Virus record (IMG/VR): IMGVR_UViG_3300031276_000162
From: an uncultured virus (IMG/VR IMGVR_UViG_3300031276_000162)
Lineage: Duplodnaviria > Heunggongvirae > Uroviricota > Caudoviricetes
Length of the DNA stretch: 64,000 nucleotides
Reading direction: 5' to 3' (one strand)
Positions 56,415 to 64,000 of the stretch are shown in pieces. The position numbers and the translations under genes were made by a program. The notes under the pieces were generated by a model. The model saw only the letters and a list, made by a program, of their open reading frames with translations, was not told where the DNA came from and did no database searches. Within the stretch, counting starts at the first letter, position 1; each line of letters begins with the position of its first letter.

Positions 56415-57119
56415 ATGATGCGACGCAAATCAAGTGTGACAGCAGGCGATCTGATGAAGGATGTGTTCGTGGTCATGGACGACCAGGGGCGTAAGATGGA
56501 TGAGGAGGACATCCACCCCGGCGCGATGCTGATCGGCTACCAGCAGGGGTTCGAGCCCTACGTGTTCGCCGTGGTCGACCCCGAGGGCGACGAGGTACCA
56601 GAGTCGGACGCGGACGACGCGGTGGACGAGTACATTGCCAAGGAGTTCGACGAGGAGGAGGCCGAGTCGTTCGAAGAGCCCACCTACATGGTGCGGGTGA
56701 CCGAGGACGACCTGCCCGATTGGCCCGTCGCCTACATCGTGGAGTACACGAACACCAACTCCAACGACTGGAGCGAGAACGGGTGGGGGGTGTTCACCTG
56801 CACGGTGCGAGATGACGCCATGGACGAGGTAGTGAGCGCGCTCAAGGAGCGCTTCATCGAAGAGGTGTTCAGCGAGGAAGCGAAGGAAAAGGGCGACACG
56901 CCGGAGAAGGCCGATGACCGCGCCGTCTACTACATGTGGACGGACTGGGATGCGTACAGCCAAGAGGAGGTGGACGAGATGGAGGAGGCCGGGGAATATC
57001 CCGAGCACTCCACCGAGCTGGTCCAGATCAACAGCGTGAAGCGCGTCGACCAAGCGGCGCTCGATGCATACGAGGAAAAGCACGGGGAGCCCGTGTTCGA
57101 GTACGACGCGACGGAGTAG
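56415..57119 (+). CDS. Highly acidic protein (DNA-mimic-like)
   Basis: MMRRK then D/E-rich body. Confidence 0.75.
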   Translation: MMRRKSSVTAGDLMKDVFVVMDDQGRKMDEEDIHPGAMLIGYQQGFEPYVFAVVDPEGDEVPESDADDAVDEYIAKEFDEEEAESFEEPTYMVRVTEDDLPDWPVAYIVEYTNTNSNDWSENGWGVFTCTVRDDAMDEVVSALKERFIEEVFSEEAKEKGDTPEKADDRAVYYMWTDWDAYSQEEVDEMEEAGEYPEHSTELVQINSVKRVDQAALDAYEEKHGEPVFEYDATE

Positions 57120-57167
57120 GGGTTGCTTTAGCGCTGCGGCGGTGGTTAAGCTAGCGGCGGAAACCCT

Positions 57168-57893
57168 GTGAACCTCATTCTCTGCGCCCACCACCAGATC
57201 GGCTGCCGCGTGCTGGAGTGGGTGTTGCGCGCCGGTTGCGCCGACCGGTTGGCGGTATTCACGCACGTGAGCCGGGAGCACGAGGGCAACGTGCTGGAGT
57301 TAGCGCGTGCCCACGGTGTGACGGCCACGACGGCCAGCGTCAACCGGGCGCCGCTGCCGTTCCGGCCGGACATCATCGCCAGCGTGTACTATCGCGGCAT
57401 CATCAAGCCGCACGTCATCGAGGCGTGCGGGGGTCGGATCTTCAATGCCCACCCGTCGCTGCTGCCCAACCATCGGGGCTGCTCGGCCGTGCCGTGGGCC
57501 ATCATCGAGGGCGACGCGGTCACGGGCATGACTTACCACTACATCGACGAGGGCATCGATACCGGCCGGGTGCTGGTGCAGGCCGCGGTGCAGATCGACC
57601 TGGACGAGACGCAGCTGTCGCTGTACGAGAAGTGCATGGCGGTGGGCGCGCGCTACTGGCCGGCCGCGTTCGAGCTGGTGCAGGCTGGTTTCCCAGGAGT
57701 GCCGCAGCTCGGCCGCCGGCAGAGCTACCATCGGCGCGGCTGTCCCTACGGCGGCGAGATCCAGCCGGGTTGGTCGCTCGATCAGGTGGAGCGCTTCATC
57801 CGTGCGATGCACTACCCGCCGCTGCCGGGAGCGCGATTTCGTGGTCGGCCGGTGGGTAGCGTGAAGGAGTACCGTGCGTTGCTGCCCGTCTAA
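57168..57893 (+). CDS. Formyltransferase (probably sugar N-formyltransferase)
   Basis: FNAHPSLLP.HRG, HYIDEGIDTG; upstream TTGCTT-18-TAAGCT. Confidence 0.88.
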   Translation: MNLILCAHHQIGCRVLEWVLRAGCADRLAVFTHVSREHEGNVLELARAHGVTATTASVNRAPLPFRPDIIASVYYRGIIKPHVIEACGGRIFNAHPSLLPNHRGCSAVPWAIIEGDAVTGMTYHYIDEGIDTGRVLVQAAVQIDLDETQLSLYEKCMAVGARYWPAAFELVQAGFPGVPQLGRRQSYHRRGCPYGGEIQPGWSLDQVERFIRAMHYPPLPGARFRGRPVGSVKEYRALLPV

Positions 57894-57982
57894 TCGTTCC
57901 TTGCCCTAATCCAAGACGTCGTCAGTCGGTACCTCAATGGGAAGCGGATCTCGGTTCACAGGACCGAACTCCTACCAGTCGT

Positions 57983-59191
57983 TCATGGTGAAGTCGCGCA
58001 GCAGCGAAAGCCGGTGGCGGGTTGGGGCAGGGAGCGCGCGGCGGAGGCGGGACTGTTGCAACGTAGGTTGCCGCTGGCCTGGGTGTTCCCGTAGCACCCT
58101 CCGCGGATCGGGCACTCATCGTTGGCTCCTCCCTCGATGGAGCACTCTCCCGTCCACTCCCACACATTGCCACTTAGGTCGAGCACACCCCTGTAGCTGG
58201 GTGCTGTGGCCTGGCAACTGGCCAAAGAGCCCACAGGCAGGGCGGTGTTGACGACGGGATCCGAGTTCCAATACTCGTATGAGTTGCACGCATCGGACAC
58301 GTAGGTGCTGGAGGCGTAGGGGTAAATGTTCTGGCCGCCCGAGCTGCATGCGTTGTACCACTCGTCCTGTTCTGGATCGTTCAGGTCGACCGTTGTGGCT
58401 CCGCCGACTGCTCCGCATAGGTGCTTGCCCATGTCCTGACAGTAGGCGTAGGCCGAGCACCAGTCGATGCAGGTGCGGGGGTGCGTGCCGCACTGGTCGC
58501 CGGCGCAGACCTTGGGGTGGGAAGTGCAGGCGGGGTCGGGGGCGAAGCTTGTCAGGTACGCACAGGCCGGCGGCATTGCGGGAGTCGGAGCGAGCGCGAG
58601 CCAACGGTCGTACTGGTCGCGGACGACCTCGGTCCGGTCGATCAGGTAGGAAACTCCGGCCGGGGTGGAGAGCGCGACCATGGCCGTGGAGCACATTCCG
58701 GAGCGGCACTGTTCTCCGAAAGCGCATTCGTCTTCGTCCTCCCAGGCGCCGCTTGCCGAGCAGAAGCGGGGCAGGCCGTTGCTGCATTTGCGCTCTCCTG
58801 GAATGCAGTCGTCTCCCCCGCCCCCAGCTCCTGCCCTGCCCCCCGTGGTCTGCGACTCTCCCCCACCGCCGAGTCCCGCTACACCTCCAGATGCCGGCTG
58901 ACCGGCCGCGCCGGCTGATGCGCTGCTGGAGCCAGCCCCGCCGACCAGGTTGGAACCCCCTGCTGCCGCCGCCTGGCCGCCTTCAGGTGCCCCGGCGCTC
59001 CCAGCGCGCGCTACTACTGCCCCGCCCCCTCCATCTCCGCCAGACGTGGCGGGATGCGTCGCCTGGGCGCCTCCCATCCCGGCCCATCCCGCCGTGCCGG
59101 CAGAGAGGTCCCGTGGGTCGCCCCGCCGCGTGGAGCTGCCCGAGCATGCAGTGAGAGTGGAAAGCATTAGGAGCAGGGTGGCGGTTTTCAT
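57983..59191 (-). CDS. Lipoprotein with FGE-sulfatase (CLec-fold) domain
   Basis: LTAC lipobox, Gly/Ala linker, IDRTEV, DLSGNVWEW, RGG, GFRCC. Confidence 0.88.
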   Translation of the reverse strand: MKTATLLLMLSTLTACSGSSTRRGDPRDLSAGTAGWAGMGGAQATHPATSGGDGGGGAVVARAGSAGAPEGGQAAAAGGSNLVGGAGSSSASAGAAGQPASGGVAGLGGGGESQTTGGRAGAGGGGDDCIPGERKCSNGLPRFCSASGAWEDEDECAFGEQCRSGMCSTAMVALSTPAGVSYLIDRTEVVRDQYDRWLALAPTPAMPPACAYLTSFAPDPACTSHPKVCAGDQCGTHPRTCIDWCSAYAYCQDMGKHLCGAVGGATTVDLNDPEQDEWYNACSSGGQNIYPYASSTYVSDACNSYEYWNSDPVVNTALPVGSLASCQATAPSYRGVLDLSGNVWEWTGECSIEGGANDECPIRGGCYGNTQASGNLRCNSPASAARSLPQPATGFRCCATSP

Positions 59192-59246
59192 GATTGCCTC
59201 CGAATCGATCCTACGTTGCTGCTACCGGCGAGCTTCCCCTTGACCT

Positions 59247-60068
59247 TCAGATTTCTGCCAGCCGCCCCAACAACTCGTCCCAGTTCGTAGTGTAGAGGCA
59301 CCCATGGGGCGCTTGTTGCCGTAGGAATGCGTCGACAAAGATCGGCTCGTGCCCACTCACGCACAGCGGTTTGCCCACCGCCGCGCTGAACACGAAGCCG
59401 CCTCCAATGCCGATGTGCACTGACGCCACCGCGTCCCGGATGTAGGTGCAGTCCTGTCGCAGCTGAGCAAGTCTCATCTCGTGATCCGGACTGAAGGTGC
59501 CGATGGTCAGATCGGTCAGTTCAAGCGAGCGGCTTAGTTCTGAATAGATGGAGTAGATGCGCCCCGGTCCGTGTTCCCGGTACTCGCGGCTCGGCTCCAT
59601 TTCCTGCTCGCCGAGCAGCACCAGTTGGTAGCGCTGGGCAAGCGACTGAAGGGCACGTAGCAGTTCGGGCCAGCGCGCATCGAACACCTTGCGGGGCATA
59701 AACCTCACCTTGGTGTTGAGCACCACGTAGGGGCGCTCCGTGTGTAGCGCCGGTCCAGCACAAAGCACGTTAGCTAGCCGTGGCCACTGCGGCCTGGCCC
59801 CGAAGTGGATGTACATGCACTCATCGGTGCAGTGTGTGGCTTGCAGTCCCGGCACTACGACGTAGGGGGGGCAGTCGAATATGAGCCGAGCGAAGCGGGT
59901 AGCAAAGTCGCGGTAGCGGGCACTCCGAAAGTGCAGAATTTCGCGGGCGAAGCCCACCCGCACTTCACGACAGTGGGCCACCACTGGGTCGAGCTGCGCT
60001 CTGCCCAACACGAGATCCCCCAACCCGAGAGCCAGCCCTATCTGGAAGCTTTCTGGTGCTCGATCCAT
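59247..60068 (-). CDS. Glycosyltransferase-like protein, paralogue of 63317
   Basis: GLGD start, PYVVLNTKVR, LRQDCTY.RDA. Confidence 0.6.
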   Translation of the reverse strand: MDRAPESFQIGLALGLGDLVLGRAQLDPVVAHCREVRVGFAREILHFRSARYRDFATRFARLIFDCPPYVVVPGLQATHCTDECMYIHFGARPQWPRLANVLCAGPALHTERPYVVLNTKVRFMPRKVFDARWPELLRALQSLAQRYQLVLLGEQEMEPSREYREHGPGRIYSIYSELSRSLELTDLTIGTFSPDHEMRLAQLRQDCTYIRDAVASVHIGIGGGFVFSAAVGKPLCVSGHEPIFVDAFLRQQAPHGCLYTTNWDELLGRLAEI

Positions 60069-60133
60069 GCCGTCCCGCCCAGGTGGAGATTGCCACTACG
60101 CTGGGCTGCGCACCAATGATAACATAGGCGCCC

Positions 60134-61126
60134 ATGGTCATCTATGTTGCTTTCCCCGAAGATCCGGATGCCTACCCCGAGCGGGAGAGCATCAACCCCA
60201 ACGTCGTGGCGTGCCACTTCATCTACTACGCGCTCAAGCGCAAGTTCGGGGAGAAGGTGGAGTTTCTACACTGGAGTCTGCGGCCGGACTATCAGCCCGA
60301 GGACGTGGTGGTGGGTCTGCTGCCGGGCCAGAGCCTGAACTACTGGCCGCGCCGGGTGGTGGTGAGCAACGATAACTTCGACGTGAACAAGTGGAAGCAC
60401 GGGAAGTTCTCCAAGTACGGGATGAACTTTCAGACGGATCACACGTTCGGCTACAACCATGTGCTGAAGGACTCATGGGCTTGCGTCTTCATGACCAACG
60501 ACGTGGCCATCAAGAAGTGGGATGAGGACCACCCCGACGTGAAGGAGAAGAAGGATTGGCTGCTCGACAATGTGGGAAGCATGCGCTTGATGCAGCACCC
60601 ATTGGACAAGGAGCGGCTGGGAGCGAAGTTTGATCCTAACCGTCGCTACGACCACTTGCGTATGCTGATCTACCACGACGGCTGGCGCAAAAATGCCCAG
60701 CAGCTCATCGACCTGCTGGGGCGCATCGGGCTCAAGCAGAAGGTGAGCTACGACGTGACGGGATGGGTAGACAAGACCAACCCTGGCAAGATCGACGCCG
60801 TGCTCAAACACTACGCCTACCTCGCTCACGTCAGCGTGAGCGAGGGGTTCCCCTACATGGCCAATGAGTTTCTGTGTCAGGGACTGCTCCTGTACGGACA
60901 CGAGGAGTGGTGGGACGGGTACGGTTACCAGGGATTGCGGTGGACCTACGACCCAGATCGTGAGGCCCAGAACGTCGCGTCGCTCAAACTGATTCTGGGT
61001 GACGCCTACAAGGAGCAGTATTACCAGATTCGCGACGACGTATGGAGCCGGCACATGAACCGTACGGACAACACGTGGGAGGCGTTCAGCGCGGCCGTAG
61101 TGGAAGAGGTGGAGCGCCACCTATGA
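60134..61126 (+). CDS. GT-B glycosyltransferase-like protein
   Basis: S.SEGFP....E...G (EX7E-type motif). Confidence 0.6.
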   Translation: MVIYVAFPEDPDAYPERESINPNVVACHFIYYALKRKFGEKVEFLHWSLRPDYQPEDVVVGLLPGQSLNYWPRRVVVSNDNFDVNKWKHGKFSKYGMNFQTDHTFGYNHVLKDSWACVFMTNDVAIKKWDEDHPDVKEKKDWLLDNVGSMRLMQHPLDKERLGAKFDPNRRYDHLRMLIYHDGWRKNAQQLIDLLGRIGLKQKVSYDVTGWVDKTNPGKIDAVLKHYAYLAHVSVSEGFPYMANEFLCQGLLLYGHEEWWDGYGYQGLRWTYDPDREAQNVASLKLILGDAYKEQYYQIRDDVWSRHMNRTDNTWEAFSAAVVEEVERHL

Positions 61127-62028
61127 AGCTTCTGGTCACCACCAGTCAGGGCGGTCTGCTGTACGACCCCGAAACGCGCCGCAAGACGCCGGTGGAGCGG
61201 GGTGCGGAGGGGAGCACGGACTGTTTTGGTGTGACCTGGACGCGGCAGGGTCGGTTGTACATCGCCTGGCGCTTTCCGGCTCAGATCCTGGAGTATGATG
61301 AAAAGCTCGCGCCCACGGGTCGTCGCCTGATTTCGCCGCATGGAGAGAGCTTCGACAAGCAAAAGCTCAACTGTGCGCCCCACCAGCTGCTGTGCATCGG
61401 CAACTTCATTCTGGTGGCTGATACGGGGTGGAACGAGGTGACCGTTTTCGATGCCGACACGTTGCAGTGCGTCAGTCGTTGGTGCCCGCACGTGGATACG
61501 CAGCCGGACGGGGCACGTTCGGAGTGTCGCCACTACAACTCACTGTACTACGAGCCAGGTGTCCTTTGGACTGTAGCTCACATGCATACCCAGCAGGAGT
61601 CGCGCGTATGGTGCGTGAGCTACGACGAGGAGCGCGGTCAGGTGGGCGGTCTGCTGGCTACTGTCGACTGTGGTTGGGGGGCGCACAACATTTTTCGGCT
61701 GGGCGGCAAGCTGGCCATCTGTGATTCGATGCGCCACCGGGTGCGCTACATTGGGGGCGAGCAAACCACTATTTACCAGGAGCCATCCTCGGCGGTGCTA
61801 CGGGGGGTATGTTTGCCTGAGCCGGAACAGCTTGCGGTGGTCGGTGGCTCGCAATTAACGGTGCAGAGGGAGTGCCGTTGGTCTGGCGGCGGCTGGTTGC
61901 TCATCTGGCGTAACCCGGGTATGCGGGGAGATCCGGAGATGCACGAGCTAGGCCCGGGTCCTGTGCAGGATGTGCGCTGTCTGGACAGCCCGGACGCGGC
62001 TCACTCGCCGGTAGCACCTTTCTGGTGA
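61123..62028 (+). CDS. Beta-propeller-like protein
   Basis: FGVTW, PHQL, HYNSL, AHNI, LRGV blade-like repeats. Confidence 0.6.
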   Translation: MKLLVTTSQGGLLYDPETRRKTPVERGAEGSTDCFGVTWTRQGRLYIAWRFPAQILEYDEKLAPTGRRLISPHGESFDKQKLNCAPHQLLCIGNFILVADTGWNEVTVFDADTLQCVSRWCPHVDTQPDGARSECRHYNSLYYEPGVLWTVAHMHTQQESRVWCVSYDEERGQVGGLLATVDCGWGAHNIFRLGGKLAICDSMRHRVRYIGGEQTTIYQEPSSAVLRGVCLPEPEQLAVVGGSQLTVQRECRWSGGGWLLIWRNPGMRGDPEMHELGPGPVQDVRCLDSPDAAHSPVAPFW

Positions 62029-62693
62029 CCGGACTTATCGCATTGCCGGTAGCGCACGAGCCACTTGCCCAAACGCTCAGGTACCAGGCCAGCCCGCTCG
62101 GACATCACCTCCACTGAGCGGCCGAGGAAGAAGAAGCAGTGGTACTTGGAGTGGGCGTACTCGTACTCATAGCAGGGTGTGCGGTGGAGCATAGTACCGC
62201 CCGGTGCCAGGTAACCGAGCATCTCGACCAGCGCGGCAACTGGGTCCTGAAAGTGCTCCAGCACGTTGTTCGACATGATCCCATCGAATTGCGCCCGGGC
62301 CGGTAGCTGGGCGCGGATGAGCGGTCGCGTCTGGGCCAGGAAGGGATCGTAGCCCGTTAGGCGCACCCCCTGCGTGCGCGCCTCGCTGCATGCTCTGGAG
62401 ATGGCCCCCGAGCCCCAATTGAGATAGCTGTGCCCGATCTGTGGTGGAAATTGTGCCAGCACGGCCAGCTCATCGTCTGTGGCGTCGTAGCGAGCGGGGT
62501 GGCGAGCATGCAGTTGTCGGTACTCCTCCGCTAGCTCCTCTGCGTTGAGTGCTAGCATACGCTCAGTACCGAAAACCACGCCGCAGTCAGGGCACTCATA
62601 TCGCACTAGCTCTTCCTGACTAAAGAAGCACCGGGAGCGCCGGATCTTCATAAAAGGCCCGCCACTCAGGCAGATGGGACAGGTGCTGGGCAT
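62001..62693 (-). CDS. SAM-dependent methyltransferase with N-terminal Zn ribbon
   Basis: CPIC/CPDC, LNWGSG, GYDP, NVLEHF.DP. Confidence 0.8.
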   Translation of the reverse strand: MPSTCPICLSGGPFMKIRRSRCFFSQEELVRYECPDCGVVFGTERMLALNAEELAEEYRQLHARHPARYDATDDELAVLAQFPPQIGHSYLNWGSGAISRACSEARTQGVRLTGYDPFLAQTRPLIRAQLPARAQFDGIMSNNVLEHFQDPVAALVEMLGYLAPGGTMLHRTPCYEYEYAHSKYHCFFFLGRSVEVMSERAGLVPERLGKWLVRYRQCDKSGHQKGATGE

Positions 62694-63313
62694 GCAACCG
62701 CGCGGAGCGCAAATATGGCGTTGTTGTGGTCGGTACCGTGGAGCAGATAGTGCCGGTGGAGCATGTCGACTAAAGGCTGCAGGCCGACAATCCAGTGCTC
62801 GACGCACAGGATCTCCGGTAGGGCGATGGCCCGTTGGATCATGGGCTGCAGCACTTGCAACTCGGTACCCTCTACGTCTAGCACCATGAGCTGTGGTTGA
62901 GGGAGGTCGAGCGCCTCAACGAGATATGGGTAGGTTCGGCACTGGACTTGGTATTGCTCGAAAGCGCAATCCTTGTGGCGCAGCGCGGCCAGGTGCTCAG
63001 TGGTGTGGCAGAGGGAACCTTGCCCGAAGTCACGCCCATGGACCGGGTGGATTGCGTGGCGGAATGGGGCCACGCAGTTCTGATCCCAAAGGGCTAGCTG
63101 CAGGTTGAGCGCGTGAGGGCGGTTGGAGCAGAGCCGGCGGTACAGATCCGGCACGGGCTCCAGGTTGAGACCACGCCAGCCCTGGTCGCGCTCCAGGGGC
63201 AGGCCCACTGCATCGATGAGACCATCGAAGGCGCCCGCCTCGATGAAGAACCCTGGCCGAGCCGGGAGCAGGCCATTGCGCGCCAAGTACCTGCTAGGAC
63301 CGTATAGAGGCAC
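62666..63313 (-). CDS. FkbM-family methyltransferase
   Basis: FFIEAGAFDG, W.GL.LEP, LDVEG.E. Confidence 0.88.
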   Translation of the reverse strand: MPLYGPSRYLARNGLLPARPGFFIEAGAFDGLIDAVGLPLERDQGWRGLNLEPVPDLYRRLCSNRPHALNLQLALWDQNCVAPFRHAIHPVHGRDFGQGSLCHTTEHLAALRHKDCAFEQYQVQCRTYPYLVEALDLPQPQLMVLDVEGTELQVLQPMIQRAIALPEILCVEHWIVGLQPLVDMLHRHYLLHGTDHNNAIFALRAVACPAPVPSA

Positions 63314-63316
63314 GGA

Positions 63317-64000
63317 CTACAGCTCCGAGAGAAGGTGGAGAAACTCGTCGGCGTTGCGCAGCACGTTGGCATGCGCCACTGGACCCTGGTTGTAGAGGTA
63401 GTTGAACACGGGATTGGGATCCGTGCGCCAGCCCAGCGTCTCGCCCACAGCAGTGATGACGCAGAACAGTCCTGACAGCCCGATGGTGATACACCGGTGG
63501 GCATCGCGCATGTAGGTGCAGTCCTGGCGTAGCTTGCTCAGGTTGGGCACAGTCAGCCCTAGCCGAGGCACGGTGAGATCCACTAGGGGCAGCTCGTCCT
63601 TCATGTCCTGGTATATGGAGTAGACGTTGTCGGCCCCGTGGACTGCATACTCCTCATTGTACTCGACCTCGCGCTCACCAGTGAGTACCAGGTCGTAGCG
63701 ATCTGACAGAGTGCGGAGCGCCTGGTAGAAACGGGGACGCATCTCCTCATACTGTTTGCGGTGCAGATCTCGCACCTTCGTCATAAGCAGCAGGTAAGGC
63801 CGGTCGAGCGCGAGGGACTCCCCCGCACACAGCAAGTGTGGCAGCCATGGCTTCTGGGGCAGGATGTGGTCCTCCTGCCAGATCCCGTAGTTGTTCGTAG
63901 CCTTGGCCTGCGAGTGAGGAGCGATCACGTAGGGAGAGTCGAGAAACAGCACACGAGCGAGATCCAACACGAAGGGGCGATGCCCCTCAGTACGGCAGTG
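63317..64000 (-). CDS. Glycosyltransferase-like protein (5' end beyond window)
   Basis: PYLLLMTKVR, LRQDCTYMRDA; paralogue of 59247. Confidence 0.6.
   Translation of the reverse strand, partial: HCRTEGHRPFVLDLARVLFLDSPYVIAPHSQAKATNNYGIWQEDHILPQKPWLPHLLCAGESLALDRPYLLLMTKVRDLHRKQYEEMRPRFYQALRTLSDRYDLVLTGEREVEYNEEYAVHGADNVYSIYQDMKDELPLVDLTVPRLGLTVPNLSKLRQDCTYMRDAHRCITIGLSGLFCVITAVGETLGWRTDPNPVFNYLYNQGPVAHANVLRNADEFLHLLSEL

Noticed and set aside
57168..57893. Methionyl-tRNA formyltransferase (fmt)
   Set aside because: Too short, lacks the C-terminal tRNA-binding domain, glycan-gene context.
57983..58200. DGR target (CLec-fold C-terminus)
   Set aside because: No reverse transcriptase or template-repeat copy seen in the window.

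Overview
The window looks like one continuous stretch of a large (>64 kb), GC-rich bacterial virus or provirus. No terminase, portal, HK97 capsid, tail or integrase gene is recognisable. Left to right: (i) replication module (initiator C-terminus with iterons, DnaC-like loader, DnaB, degenerate RuvC); (ii) mini-gene array punctuated by a palindromic repeat (9.2-10.9 kb); (iii) long morphogenesis-like region (11-42 kb) with a Cys-His-Asp transglutaminase-like enzyme, about 25 small tail-anchored membrane proteins, an Arg/Lys-rich core-like protein and up to three beta-rich capsid-like proteins, suggesting a tailless virion with an internal membrane; (iv) modular proteins, ArdA and acidic DNA-mimic-like proteins; (v) a rolling-circle HUH Rep bracketed by perfect 45-bp inverted repeats inside a field of GGGTCAAACGA sites; (vi) many glycan-building genes. 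The most striking unexplained signal is two short peptide motifs recurring across unrelated genes: (hydrophobic)-x-G-[LMF]-G in membrane/structural proteins, and [MLFYH]-x-x-N at basic-leader or module boundaries of core and anti-defence proteins. I infer a proteolytic maturation / cargo-loading code. A myxobacterial host is a tentative inference. All calls are from motif reading by eye; no searches were run, and several starts were moved from the ORF track to more plausible codons.
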